Below are positions 41,551 to 58,749 of a DNA stretch of 64,000 nucleotides, one piece after another. A program made the position numbers and the translations under genes. Source of the stretch: Octopus vulgaris. Lineage: Eukaryota. Below the pieces are notes generated by a model. The model saw only the letters and a program-made list of their open reading frames with translations, was not told where the DNA came from and did not search any database. Location of the stretch: assembly GCA_951406725.2 (NCBI GenBank), contig OX597818.1, positions 14,508,001-14,572,000 of the forward strand. Direction: 5' to 3'. How positions within the stretch are numbered: position 1 is the first letter of the stretch; each line of letters opens with the position of its first letter.

Positions 41551-42733
41551 TACGAGGGGCGTTCAATAAGTAATGCCCCTGACCCACTTCCCATAGCAGT
41601 AGAGCAACGAAACTTGGCACAGTTATTAGTCTTTTTCTACATAGGAACCACCCAGAGTTACGCATTTCTCCCATTGTTTGATGCAGCTCTGGAGACCGTT
41701 TTTGTAGAAGACCCCAGCTTGGTCCTCCAACCTGAACGTGACTTCAGAAATCAAGGATGGGGGAGGAGTTCATAGCCGCACGCCTGTGCTTCTGATCTGG
41801 CGACAAGCGAGTTGTGGACCGGAGCGTTGTCCTGCAGGAGGAGGATGCCTTTTCTGATCTTGCCCCGCCTCTTGATTTTGATAACTTCTCTTAATTTCCT
41901 CAAAAGTGAAGCATGATAGGCTCCTGCAATTGTGGTACCCTTTACCAGGAAATCTGTCATCACTACTCCGTCCTGGTCCCAGAAGACTGTGAGCATGACC
42001 TTGCCAGCGGAGGGCTGCACCCTTGCCTTCTTTGGAGGGGGTGAGTCACGGTGCTTCCACTGCATTGACTGGGCTTTGGTCTCTGGATCATCGTGATGGA
42101 CCCAGGTTTCATCCTGTGTAATCAGTCTTTTGAAAAATTTTGACTCATCTTCTTGGCACATCTCCAAATTCACCCTCGAGCACTCGACGCGTTCTTGCTT
42201 CTGGAAAGGCGTGAGCAGCCTGGGAATCCATCTGGCAGACACCTTTTGCATATGCAAATGGTCATTAATGATAGTTTCCACAGACCCGGTACTAATCTTG
42301 ACCTCATGGGCTATTTGGCGAATAATTATGTGTCGATCTTCCAAAATGGCAGCCTCAACTTGACGGACAGATGCCTCATCAATAGCAGAAGGGGCGACCA
42401 GATCTGGGAGCTGTTTCCACAGAGTTCCGACCATGTTTGAATTCACGATGCCAGCGTTTTGCAAGGTCATATGATGGGGCATCATCACCATAAGTTACTT
42501 TCATTTCATCAAAAGTCTCCCGTGGTGTGCGTCCTTTCAAATACAAAAACCGGATCACTGCTCGACACTCAACAGGCTCCATTTCACACTTGACTCGGTT
42601 CAAACACCTGTAAATCAGAGCTGTAATTTGCCACTTACTCTATAGAGATATAAATGATTGCACATGCAAAATTTCAGCTAGATCAAACAACTGCAAGTGG
42701 GTCAGAGGCATTACTTATTGAACGTCCCTCGTA
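41551..42733 (-). mobile_element. mariner element with both TIRs and TA target duplications; defective transposase
   Basis: TIRs TA-cgaggggcgttcaataagtaatgcccctgacccactt and aagtgggtcagaggcattacttattgaacgtccctcg-TA. Protein motifs RAVIRFL, SARWIPRLLT, ITQDETWVHH, KVMLTVFWD, LLQDNAPVH and WEKCV. Frameshift near 42385; the YSPDLAPSD segment is deleted. Confidence 0.95.
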
Positions 42734-43184
42734 TAAAATGTAAATTAACCTCAATATTATGAACGCTTCACATCTGTTCAATACAAATAATTTACTGATC
42801 TATTTTACATACGTGAGAAATACCTAATGGTTCTTCATATAGAGAATAAATGAATCCATTAGACGGGTACACATTACAAGTGGACTTAATTTTGTGTGGC
42901 ATACTTAATCTGTCCCCCAGTCCGACACCACTACTTGACACCAAGATCCCTTTAGCTGGGTCCCCGCTGTCGTAATCGTTCAAACCAGAGCTGCAGTTCG
43001 AGAATACTTTCTTCGCTACCTCCTAACATTCTTGGAACCCTGGAAAAACTCATGAACATTTTCTTTCCTCCTGAGTATAAAATAAATCAAATAAATATAT
43101 ACGAGTATATGGAAGAAGAGAGTCGTCCCACCTGGATATGCTGTGATCACACAATAATATTCTGTGTCTTGAGTTCTTGGTATA

Positions 43185-43335
43185 TTATAAACCAGTTTCA
43201 AATTTTGGCACACGGTCAACAGCTTTGGGTAAGGGGGATAAGTCGATTAAGTCGACCTCGGCGGAATTTGAGCAATGAATGTGAAGATGGAAGAAGTGCC
43301 GCTATGCATCCCTCGCCGGCTTGCTTACAATTACA
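43185..43335 (-). mobile_element. Degraded family A SINE
   Basis: ggggataagtcgattaagtcgacctcggcggaatttga. Confidence 0.55.
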
Positions 43336-43578
43336 CCAGTATTGATATTATGAACGTTTTGGACTTACGACATTTTTGCCTAATAGCAACGATATATTCT
43401 TTTTTAGAATAAAATGCCTTCGAAATGTCTATCCAAAAGGGTTTCCCAATCCAAAGTTTACACGTTATTATTTATAGCTACATGCGTGTGTGAGCTTCGT
43501 GATATATTATTCCCCAAAAGAGTTTTCTTTTTTCATATTATCTCTAAAGTTTATAAAGTTCTTACGGCTTTAAACAAT

Positions 43579-43622
<44 letters not shown>

Positions 43623-43659
43623 CATACATATAAGAATTACCACTATGTGGAAAACCTAA

Positions 43660-44124
43660 TGCTAGAAGTACTGGTGTTAAATTGATGTTATCAAATCAAA
43701 TATCCAATTTTTCACCCTCGTTTTAATTTTACATATATTTATGCGAGCAAAATGTCCCCCGTCCAATGGAGGGTGCTGAGTTGTCAAACATTTAAACCAA
43801 ATTTTCTCAAAACAACTTGTCCGACCGTCCCATTTTGTGGCATTATTTCAAGCCACTCGGCTTTTTTGCGCAAACTGCACGTGTATATTTCTCGCGTACG
43901 CGTAGTATCGATCGCAACGGCCGATGTACTTGCGCGTACAAATTCACGTTCCCACGGCTTCATTGATCACATTCAGACCTGGAATCGATTTTTGTAATTT
44001 TTTCAAGACTTATACACGACCTGATACCGTTGGTATCTCCCTATCAAATTTGAGCACAATCGGATGGAGGATGCTCGAGATCCTAGAAGACACATACACA
44101 CACAGACAGAACAGATTTCATATA

Positions 44125-44135
<11 letters not shown>
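43660..44135 (+). mobile_element. Probable non-autonomous Helentron/Helitron-derived (Lep1/HINE-like) element
   Basis: The 3' end caaatttgagcacaatcgg...gagatcctagaagacacatacacacacagacagaacagatttcatataatatatat resembles Lep1/HINE 3' architecture. Non-coding. Confidence 0.45.
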
Positions 44136-44190
<55 letters not shown>

Positions 44191-44947
44191 AGTTATCTCT
44201 ACTGATTTTCTAAAGAATTTAGAGCCAGCACTGAAGGTTAATACATTTCGTATAAGAATAGGTTTATGTAAGCAATGCGACCAAAGATAGACAAATAGGT
44301 GATAAGTGTATATGCATATTTCCCAAATTGGTTTAAAGTTATCTATAATCCTAGCGGGTACCGTGCTTGCTCTTATCGGTTAACAATGCTGGCTAACCTC
44401 GGTGAATGTAGATGAACTCCAATTAGTTGACTTCACCATACTCGGTAAATCCTCACTTTGGTTACCTCAAGTGTCTTTATAGAAACTGCATAGTGTCGGT
44501 AGAGAAGAATTAATAAATTAATAAATATCAAGAGATCAGAGAGTTATATGTCCTGGTTTTATTATATAGTCAATTTCATCTTTCTTTGTCAGTAACTACA
44601 CGTGACTTTATTGCAAGCCGGTGCACTCTGCAAATTATGCAACTTGGTGTTAATTACCGGCGCTGCATCATCAGGGTAACATTTAACTATATTTCAGATA
44701 CAATCTGAACAGAGTATTAGCCTAGCCAAAATTGGTCACGCACATGGTATAGTGTTACTAAAAATAACCTTACATTTTGAACTTTTCAACCTGACTAGTG
44801 AGAAATAAAGCTACTTGGTGTCTGGAATTATGTTAAGAGTCGCTAATGTATTTAAGTCCCTATAACTATTCTCTTACCATTCCATCAGTGTAAAGCAGTA
44901 TTCTTGCTTTATTCAATGTATCAATATATTTTTTAAGTTTGTAGACG

Positions 44948-46529
<1,582 letters not shown>

Positions 46530-47122
46530 ACTATTGGTCTATTATTTATTTGCTAATTTTAAAATTAATATATTATTTAGCGTTATAGTTAATTTTATTC
46601 GCTTATACTTCTTTTCAGTTCTTTAAGATTAACTTTAATTTAATTAAGTTCTATATTTGCTATGGCTTACTTAATTCTCAACTCAATAACGACTAAATAA
46701 AGCAGCTGGAGATAAGATAGTTCGACCTACAGAACCGGCTATTGCAAGCAAAAATAAATATTGAAAAAACACATTTGCCAATTTAAACATACGACAGTTT
46801 AACATAATAGCAACAAATTATGATGTTTCTCATTCTATAACATATACCAAACATAAAAACCATACCAAAAACAATACGAATATAAACTATTGGAACAATA
46901 CGCCTTTTAACAAACTGCCTTGAACCGTGTGAAAGGGAGAAAAACAAGCATCGGTCAATATCTAAGTGGTGGGATTTATAAGCCTGGTATTTGCCACAAA
47001 AAGAAATCCTGCATAACACATCAGTAGCGGCCAGAGTAGTTGCCGCATAACGATTGTAAAGAATGTATCAAAACATTTGCTAACCCCCACGTATGTATAT
47101 TGAAAATATTAAAAATGAGGAT

Positions 47123-47620
47123 TACCGTAAATCTTTGAGTATAGTCCGCCCTTGAGTATAATACGCAGGGGATTTTTAGGGGGCTGTACTTTTGAGAAAC
47201 CTAAACCTTGTGTATAATACGCACCCCTTCTCTAACTTGAGTCGTGTGTAATTACGCCAGCATCACCTAGTCGAACAAACACTTCCGCGCATGTGTAATA
47301 CAACAATGGTGATGTTCTTAACTGTTATATGGGAATGTAAATATGTTTTCAAATTGTTTTTACATGTTATTCTGTGTTCTGAATACTTTTATTTTAATAA
47401 ATGTTGCTTACTGCAAGTTATGGATGATTCTTTTATGATTTCATTGCTTTGAGTCTTAGCTTAAGGTATTTTCGCGCCCAACATCACAAAATACGTCTGA
47501 ATAAACATTGCCGGACAGCAAATAGAGACACGAACATTGCTTAGAAAATAGTTTTCCTTTTTAACCTCGTATATAGTACGCACTAGGGATTTTGACCTTT
47601 AAATTTCGGGATTTACCGTA
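47123..47620. mobile_element. Tc2/pogo-type MITE
   Basis: Ends taccgtaaatc and gatttaccgta (one mismatch to a perfect TIR). Repeated internal motif (g)agtataatacgca / gtgtataatacgca / cgtatatagtacgca. Confidence 0.65.
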
Positions 47621-47665
47621 TTCCGAAGTAGCAATAGTATTACTTTAACTTTATTATTATATACC

Positions 47666-47891
47666 TATTTCTTTATTACCCACAACGGGTTAAACAAAGA
47701 GGGGACAAACAAGGACAGACATAGGTATTAAGTCGATTACATAGACCCCAGTGCGTAACTGGTACTTAATTTATCGACCCCGAAAGGATGAAAGGCAAAG
47801 TCGACCTCGGCGGAATTTGAACTCTACATAACGGCAGCCGAAATACCGCTAAGCATTTCGCCCGACGTGCTAACGATTCTGCCAGCTCTGC
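47666..47891 (-). mobile_element. Near-full family A SINE with 14-bp TSD
   Basis: TSD tattattatatacc at 47652-47665 and 47892-47905. Very similar to the copy at 17506-17738. Confidence 0.92.
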
Positions 47892-47905
47892 TATTATTAT
47901 ATACC

Positions 47906-49490
47906 CCCTTTTAAGACCAACACATGTGTCAATTGCACCGATTAGTAACCGTTGCAATTGCAACTATATTAAAAAACGGTGCAATCTCTTCAGAGTCTTA
48001 ACTTGATATTCCTCGGTATGGCCGTTTAATGATTTTCTCTTATAAACTCTGTGTTGTATAATGTAGAGTTGTCGTCTACATTGTCCTCTACATTAAGTCA
48101 GACGCGAACAATCTCTATTTCAAGTTCTTATTGGATAATCACATTCAGTCTATCATTTCAAAATCTTGCATGGTTTAAATGATAATTACTCATTTATATT
48201 TGCCAAGTGTAAATTTCCTCATGTACAAGCATCTCAATGCTTGCTCCTGTCTAGAATATATTACCCTTGGATGTGAAATCCTATAAAATTCTTCTAAACA
48301 GAGGTCACAGCGATTGGTTTCAGACCTGTAGGCTTTTGCAGTACAAATTAACTCCCATTTAATCGTATAGTCAATATTACCCTCCTTGAAAGACCATAAT
48401 AATTTGCTTAGACTCGTTTGCAACCTTTTATTTTTGTCCTTAAATGAACTCAAATGACTTATTAGTCTCCTCTTGAAAATTAATGATGTAAAGGAATTAT
48501 TTATCCTCAGATGTAACTGTATATCTATATATTACATTTTTAGTTTTATACTTATTTTTCACATAACAGGATTCCTGTTTAGAACAATTTCAAAGATAGC
48601 GTTTCATATTTCCGTCAGATTTAGTTTTAACTTAATCTTTGCTTGTAGAATTAAATTCATTTCCACCAAGTTCTCCATTACTATTTACTCCTTAGATCGC
48701 TTTATCTTTGTCCTATTTCTAGCTGAAATTCATTCGATTAGACGTTAATATTTATGTTAAATTGGGTTGTTTCCCTTTCCACGACGTTTAATTTCGTAGT
48801 GTCCCTTCTATTTAAGTATTTTTTTTTCCGTTTGACGTTATTATTCTTCGAATTTATTACGCTATCCTGAGTGTAATCGCTCTTTTGAAATTTCTATATT
48901 ATTTCAATATTATGTGTTGCTATAATTTGTACTATATTTCGACTAAGACAATAACCCAATCTAATCTTATGGCGATGAAAAATTTTGTAATATCTATGGT
49001 TTCTTGGAAAATATTTTTAAATTGCTATATTAAACAATTTAGAAGAATTGTAATTGACCTGTTTACCAAAGGGAACGATTAATCATATACTGTTCTTCGA
49101 GTTAAGATCATAATTTTGATGTTTATACCCGCTTTTTGAAGGTGTAAGTAGTCTCTGATACAGTTTATTTATTTTAAAATTTTTAATCGATTTTGTATCG
49201 AAAGAATCTGAGACTTTAATAAAAAAAAATACTACATACTCATTTCCATTAGCAGTATGAGAATTTTTAAACCGGTTATTAACAATCGTACAATTTTCTC
49301 TTTTGTTATAAATATAATTGTTCACATTTTTATTCTCACTATTAAAATCACCTACTCTTGTTAATCTATCAACTTGACTATTTGATCTTAAATCTACATT
49401 ACTACATTTGTTATTAGTAGCTTTGTTTATAGTACTAATATGATATGCTGTAAAGTACATCACAGCATTGACCCGAAATACTGTTATCAT
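47906..49490 (-). mobile_element. Penelope-like element, 3' part (linker, GIY-YIG C-terminus, terminal repeat)
   Basis: KNSI*LIVPFGKQVN...KYFPRNHRYYKIFHRHKIRLGYCLSRNI and SSFKDKNKRLQTSLSKLLWSFKE..IDYTIKWELI..AKAY....RCDLCLEE. Confidence 0.85.
47911..48001 (-). ncRNA. Type I hammerhead ribozyme motif in a Penelope terminal repeat, with one core mutation
   Basis: Minus strand: ttaagact CTGAAGA gattgcaccg-[36 nt]-cggtgcaatt GAcAC atgt GTT ggtcttaa. Stem I is 8 bp, stem II is 10 bp, and stem III is minimal and palindromic. GAAA reads GACA. Confidence 0.75.
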
Positions 49491-49494
49491 ACAA

Positions 49495-49773
<279 letters not shown>

Positions 49774-52350
49774 CTTTCAAATATGTTGATCATTCAGCTA
49801 CAACTACGTTGGTCAATCACACACTAGGTAACAGAAGTGACCCAATACAGTCTGCAACATCATATGGTAAATTCTTAAAAGCTATCATGCTATATACCAA
49901 CGAAGTAAAGAAACGCCAGCCTTGTACAGAAATATATAACTCGTTGCTGTTAGAAAACTCTGCCTAGTATTTAAACATTTAGATTCCTACATTGTAATAA
50001 GAATATGCCTAGTATGGGAAAATATTGTCGAAACTAGTGTAGTCCGTAGCCGAATGAACAGTCAAGACCGTTATAACTCCATAGACTCTCTCGCTCCTCA
50101 GTTCTTAACAGATTTATTCTATACTTACAATCAGATTTACACAGTTCATATACATAAATTCTAGTCAATTTTTGAATTTATGCATATTGACTAATCATAA
50201 TATATATAATATATAATCACAAATATTGCTTACATCAATTACTTAAACTTGCAACTTGATAAATAAACAGTAGATCTAAGTAACAAAAAACGAGTAATAC
50301 ATATAGATTTTTGAGAATATCATTTGAGACAACTGTAATGGATGAATTCTGATGAATGAATGTCTGTATTTGATCTTTTTCAAACCTCCAGCTACATAAA
50401 ACTCATGTAACACCCTATATTTCTAAAGTTATGTGCAATACTATATTTAACACTGCCACCGTTAAATTATCTTTAACTGATTCATTTTCAATCAGTCTTT
50501 GTATATTTTTGTATGTATCTACATTGTGTACATACTAAAGTATATCTGTATGTGTGTAAGAGAGAGAGAGAAAGAAAGAGAAAGTGTGTGTGAGTGTGTG
50601 TGTGTGTATTTGTGCATGTATGTATATATGTGTATGCATATGCATACACATATATACATAAATACGCACACACCCGCTCACTCTCTCTCTCCCTCTCTCT
50701 CTCTCTCACTCATACATACACACACATATGTATATATATATTATATGTACTTTAATATGTACACAATGCACACACATACAAAATATACAGAAACTGGTTG
50801 AAGATGAATCAGTAGGAGATAATTTAACAGTGGCAGAAAAAGAGAGACCTAACAGCATGCGTGTGCGTGTGTGCGCGCACGTGCTTGCGAGTGCGTATGT
50901 ATGTAAGTACACATACACTCGTCCATATATACACACATGCAATATTTACAAGAAAAAAAAGAAAATCCTAATTTGATAAAAGTATTCATACTGCCAATTT
51001 CACTTATATTGTTTATATTGAATTGCAACTTATATGGTATGTTTTACTTACAGCCTTACCATCTAATACAATTCAATTTCAGTACATGTGTAACTGAATA
51101 ATATTATCTGTTTCATTCTAAACACTTTTATCTCTCAGTTTTTTGTTTGTTTTTTTTTTCTTTTCTTTTTAGGTTTACAACGTTACTTTTCTGCCAGTAA
51201 TCTCTATGCCTTCTTAAGTCTGGCTTTATTTGGAAATCTTTTATCGCGATTCAAAAATTAATTACATTTACTAATCTTATATAAAACTAAAACTTTATCA
51301 TAAATAGCATTTAATTTTAAAGAAATTTGCTTCAGCATTTCGGTAACTGTTGAGGGAAGTATGAAATATTTAATAAAAATAAAGTCGCATTTAGAACGAA
51401 ATACATGAAGAAAAGCCTTTATTGAATATTTCGTCTTCTATATGAGCATGTCTAAGAACATTATTAGATATTAAGATTTATCAAGCAATTGCAAATTATT
51501 TAGCATGCCAATATATATGTATGTAATATCATTTTACAATTTTCCACGATTATATAGCAAACATTTTCTGCCTAATCCTAGAGGAAAAAGTTATATTGAA
51601 TTATCTACTTAATTTGTACAGTATTTAATTTAATATGTATTCTCATGTAACTTTTGTAAGTACTCTAGTATGTACGAATGTATGTATCAAACTGGATCTA
51701 GACTAAATTAACTGCTTGCCGTTAATTGAAGTCGCCACCTGGCGAGGCATCAAATTTAAAGAATTTCTAAGTGCTTAAGAGTTAAGGTCCCAATGTGCAT
51801 TTCGATTTGAATTGTATGAAAAATACAAAATAGAAATGAAATAGCCTTTTTTAAGCCCATGGTTAATGCACTATGAACAACTCAAATCTTAATGAATATA
51901 ACATGTTACATGTGTTTCCATACGTGTGTACGTGTGAAGGGGCACATATGTTTTCATCACGTTCCTCTCCGCTAGAACTTGAAAGGCATTCGTTACGAGA
52001 TTTTGTCTCGATGAAAATTACTTTCTATAGATTTTGTGTGTAAAAAGACATCGAACTGAATTCCATGTCATATGAGAGGACTACGTGATATTGTGCTTTG
52101 ATAGATTTTACCGTATCAGTATCAGATACCACCTACCTCCTTTGAAGTTAAGTGAGAACTAGTGTTATTATATGCAGAAACAACAAATATACATTTGCAT
52201 ATGTGTGCTGGGGCTTGCCAAGATGGAATTAATTTAGTATAATAAAACGACGCAGCGAGAATCAAAATAAAGATGTGTACATTTATCTATGGCTTTCTTG
52301 TACACTAGAAAGGGACATAAATTCGAGGTATTGTTTGCTGTTTCCTACAG

Positions 52351-52429
52351 ATAAGAACGGAAATTCCACCCTACTTGGAAATCGCCAAGACAGTACCTTA
52401 TATTGAGGAGGCAAATTCACGCCGAAACA
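52351..52429 (+). other. Candidate 79-nt exon of an unidentified transcript
   Basis: Acceptor ttgtttgctgtttcctacAG, donor GTgagt, one open frame (IRTEIPPYLEIAKTVPYIEEANSRRN), in apparently unique sequence. No recognisable homology. Confidence 0.25.
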
Positions 52430-55400
52430 GTGAGTCAGGTAGTACACTGAAGTCACCTGGTGCTCAATTATATGAGTATTTATACACAATATCTGTAGAG
52501 AAACTTTTCTTCGCGACAATTTCCTGTAGCGGTTGTCTCTTCTATTCTAATGTACAAAATGTGTTAAGAATAAATGCATAAATGTTTATGTATGCGCTTA
52601 TACAACATGTATACAAATTCGTGTGTGTGTGTGTGTGTGTGTAAACGGTCCTGTCTCACAGTCATAGTGGTGTTAAATTTTAAATGGTCTGCTTATAGTG
52701 TGTTCTAGTGTATCGACTGAGTCTAGTTTCAGACTGATATAGCAATCTCATTAATGTTTACTGCAATCTAATTATAGTTTAATCATTATCGTTCGTAGTT
52801 TCTTCTTGCTTGTTTCTTACTTTATTTTGTTATAACTTTCTGCTTTTACTTCCAAATTGGAAGGTCAACTCTTGATTATTTTACATTAAAATGCTTTGAC
52901 AAATATTTCCTTTTGTTTCCATTTAGTAGTGACAGTGGCTTTGCACCGCTATGCATCCTCTGTCTCTTCAAATTATTCAGTGAAACAGTGAAAATACTTA
53001 AAATAATTCTTCTACTCAATTGCTGAATACTTAATTGTTGAAACCCCTGTAAACAATCTGCTTTGAAATAGTCAAATTGTATATGATTAAAAAATTCATC
53101 CCATATGATTTGGACGTTTAGTGTGAAACAACATCATTGTAGTAAACCGTCTTGTCATTTAATTTTCGTAATACTTTTAATACAAGTTCAATTTGTAATG
53201 AGATATGTCGCAACTGACACCCTGTTTGGTGGAATAAATTCGAGCCCTTCTCTGCTGGAAAAGTCTCTGGAAAATTCACTCTGTTTCTGGAAAATTAACC
53301 TTTAGTGAATTTTACAACGAAAAACCAGACGCGCAAAAATCTCCTACTTCAGAAAACTGCGTACGAGTTTTCTTAAGGGACAATGCCACCCTCAGACAAT
53401 CTTTATTTCTTTTAAGAAAAGTCTTAATGTGTGCATTATGTATTCTTTCAGGAGAAGTAAATTGTACTGATTTTGTTTTTGTTTTCTTTTTTTGCAGAAA
53501 TGATGACGGAAATTATTCACAAGTATTTAGCAAAAATAAATACGAAGTTTGTTTGTTTTTTTTTTCTTTCCACAAACACAACTATACAGATCTTTTGCGG
53601 TTAATAATCCAGACAGATAAGAATCAGCAGCAGCTACTGAGTGTTTTAAAAAAATCATTTTCAAAATAAACTTGGTTAATTTAATGCATGCGAAAAATTT
53701 AATTATCAAAAATAATACATGAAACACACAAATATTGTTTCTTAATAGAAAAAAACATCTCGAAAGCAACGTTTCCTCCGGAAAATATCATGTTCAAAAT
53801 TAGCGTTATTATCAAAAATATTAAAGAAAATTTTTCTACCTCAGGCAAAAGTGCCGGAATTCATCACTGACCTCATCATTTTTTGTTTGACAAAAACAAT
53901 AAAAACTAACATTACTGGATTTTTAAATATAAATTTATATCACACAGAAAAATATCTTTATTGAGATGAATGTGCTTGTTTATTAATCAAATCATGTATT
54001 AATATTTGCTAATGCTGGTCTCAAGGCAATTTCAGTATTCGTAATACTGGGGCGAATTTATTTGCTGAAAATGCTGGTTCGCATAAATAATTTGGGGAAG
54101 ATGGTAGGAAAGTTTCAATCGCCAATTCGGATAACATTGGTAATTCAACAGCGAAACCACATCAAAATGCATTTCAGGTTTGCCCAGAAAATTGAAGGAG
54201 CTTTTAATGGTGGTTTGTTTACACACTGCATTTCAACTGAGAACAAACTTTTGGTCCACTACAACCGGTTGTTGCAGAATTCTAGCAATGAAATATTTCT
54301 GAAAAGTGTTCTCTTGACTCTGAATGAGCAATAATTATTCACTTGATCAAATCGAAATTTAATGCATTTTTGGAAATGTAATCATTTGTATATGAGATCA
54401 CAAAGAGTTCGTTATTTCAATTTCCATTTCAGTTTTAGATGTTTAACTTTCTATGAACGCTTGAACTTTGAATTTAAGTAATAAAATAGTGATATCCTTT
54501 TCTTGTAGAAAATATTAAGTTCATTAAGTTTTTCTAAAATACCTGACAAAAAGTAAAATTTGCATAGCCAATCTTTTTGTTAATCAAATTTACCAAATAT
54601 GAATTTAGATACAGAGGATTATCGTGACTAAATTTTTGATATTTTAAATTATATATTCAAATCTCGTTCATTTGAGTGCCATTGCACTTTAGTTTTTAAT
54701 AAAAGTTGGCTGAAATTGCTTTCCATTTTGTTTTAGAGATTTGCGATGTGGCATGTAATCAGCGCACGGCGTTTTAAATTATCTTGTAACACAAAATCTA
54801 GATCTGCTGAAATTTTTTTTAACATTATTGTCTTTTTGTAAGAAATATAATGTGTAAAAATAATGGGTTCTATATTTAGAGAACTGTAATATTTAATATT
54901 TACAGTATTATTTGACAAAATGACTTTCCTTAATCCATCTTCATATCTTGTATGAATAATTTATGTCATTTAAACCGTTGCAATAACATAAGTTCATCAA
55001 TAGTGATGTATCGTTTTTAGTTTCAAAAGTTTCCATTAAGTATTTGATTTTGCCTATGGTCTAAATAGGATTCCTTAGAAATTGATTCTCTCTATTGAAA
55101 TATTTCGATAGACTTTGAAAAAATTCTCTACTGTTTTAGAAGAAACTACTAGCATAAAAATGTCTTATTAAAATGTCGGTTTCAAGTCTGAAGTTTCTAA
55201 AGAATCGTTACAAAATAAGCAGACGGTCATTTCTTCTTTATTTTTCCGATGTAGTAGTAAGATCACATTGCAAATAGGATTAACTATATTAACTATTTTG
55301 GCGAGGATTTGTGGGGAGTTTTAAGCTAGCTCTTTCGTAAATATTTTTATTGCTACGGTTAAATTTAAAGCAAAATATGTTCTAATTAGCTTGAATAAAC

Positions 55401-56163
55401 AATGAGTTATGATTTAATACAACTTTCATGGATGAAAATCATGTTTATAACCTTTTAGTTTCGTATTTAACTCGCGTATAATGCTTAAGCATAAGTTTAC
55501 CCACGGCTATTGTAGGTAGAAGTCAGAATCATACAACGTTTTCAATTCATTTGAAGGACAAACAATTCATTTAGAATAATTTTATACGATGTGTGATGCC
55601 AAAAAATTGAAATATTTTAATTTAATGCTAATGGGTTTCGGAAGTAGTTACTTATCAATTTCTGAATAACAAATTTAATCTAATTTCAATATCCTTTTTT
55701 ATTTTCATCTTTCTCGCTCCTATCGCAAAAAAAAAAAGAGTAACAAGTGTATAACGTTAATGAATCTTTCTATCTCATTTCACTAAATGTACACAGTAGG
55801 GCTTCTCGCCAAGTTTTATCATTCCTTTCTGTCTTCTAAGCGGTTTCATGGGCTATAATAATCTCTAATTCCATCTTTAGCGTGAATACTTGAAATTAAC
55901 TTCTGAATTAAAATAATTAATCATCTAATCGATTACTATGATGGTAAACACTGTGGTATAAAAAGAATGGTACATATACGTTTTCTAAAACAACCAGGAA
56001 AGAGGGAGATGTTGTGGTTGTTTCACTGCTACATGGAATTGAAATTAAAAGACCTAACATTGTGTCCTTATTTTAATATGACAATTTTTCGACACGGTCA
56101 GTATTCAAAGTTTTATTTGAAACATGCTATCACAAAGTTTTATCTTTTTGGCTGAAAAAGTGC

Positions 56164-57556
<1,393 letters not shown>

Positions 57557-57609
57557 ATGCAGTACCAGACAGTGGCTCTCATAGCTTCTGATCCTAAAGG
57601 TATCGTAGG

Positions 57610-58079
57610 AGTGATGCATACCATGCGCGCAGATAAAGTTTTTCGCAATTTATAGTGTGGCTTACATGCGTTGCTTACCCATCCATTTTAATTGAACTGA
57701 ATTAATTTTTTTTAGGTATCACCATTATAGGTATTAATACTCCAGTGAAGTTAAGAAATTGACTCGTAAATAAACGAAAGCCTCGAATCCATCAGTATAC
57801 ACGCACACAATGTCGCATATTTATGTATGTATATGTGTGTATGTATGTATGTATGTATGTACGCACACGTGTCTACGCACATAATTCATACACACGCAGA
57901 TGAAGATCGATCCATATGAAAAACAAAGTGAAGAAAATAATAAGACCACTTGCTTATCGGGAAATTAGTAAGTTCGATTTAATTTTTTTTTTTTAAGTGT
58001 CACCATTATGGGTAGTTTTACTCCGGTGAAATTAAGAAATCAAGTCGTAAATATACGAAACCTTTGAATACATCACTGT

Positions 58080-58130
<51 letters not shown>

Positions 58131-58505
58131 AAACACACATAGTCACATATCTATGTATATGTTTATATATGCATGTATATACGCATACGTGTCTACGCGC
58201 ATAGATGCACCATGATCCAAACACACGCAGTGAAGGACGATTCATATAAAAAAATAAAGTGAAGAAATTAATGAATAACATGACCATTTGCTTATCGGGA
58301 AATTGGTAAGTGCAATTTATTTTAAATTTAAATATTTTTTTTTTAATAATTAAACCAAATATTCGTCATTTCAAGCCACACACCCAATGAGTATTTCTGC
58401 CAAATGTAGTAAAAATCCGTTCAACCGTTTTCCAGGTAATTTTGAAAACACACAGGCAACAAAGATGAGTGATTACAAAACTCTGCTTTCCCTTACGCGC
58501 GCAGG
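57610..58505. mobile_element. Non-coding element with two diverged ~270-330 bp tandem internal repeats (possibly Helentron-derived)
   Basis: tcaccattat(a/g)ggta...actcc(a/g)gtgaa...cttatcgggaaatt occurs at ~57715-57970 and ~57995-58310. gcgcgcag occurs near both ends. Confidence 0.5.
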
Positions 58506-58507
58506 AT

Positions 58508-58519
58508 GACAACAACAAC

Positions 58520-58593
<74 letters not shown>

Positions 58594-58621
58594 TGATGAT
58601 GATGACGACGACGACGACGAC

Positions 58622-58660
<39 letters not shown>

Positions 58661-58661
58661 A
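58508..58661. repeat. Compound (AAC)/(AAT)/(GAT)/(GAC) trinucleotide microsatellite
   Basis: Directly visible. Confidence 0.97.
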
Positions 58662-58749
58662 ACTCAAAAATCGCATTGAAGCCATTGACTGAAAACTTGA
58701 ACTCAACTCAAAAAATCATATTGAAGCCATTAACACTCTGGCACTTCGA

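Noticed and set aside
54062-54334. 90-aa ORF in apparently unique sequence
   Set aside because: No recognisable motif and a non-ATG start; length is within chance.
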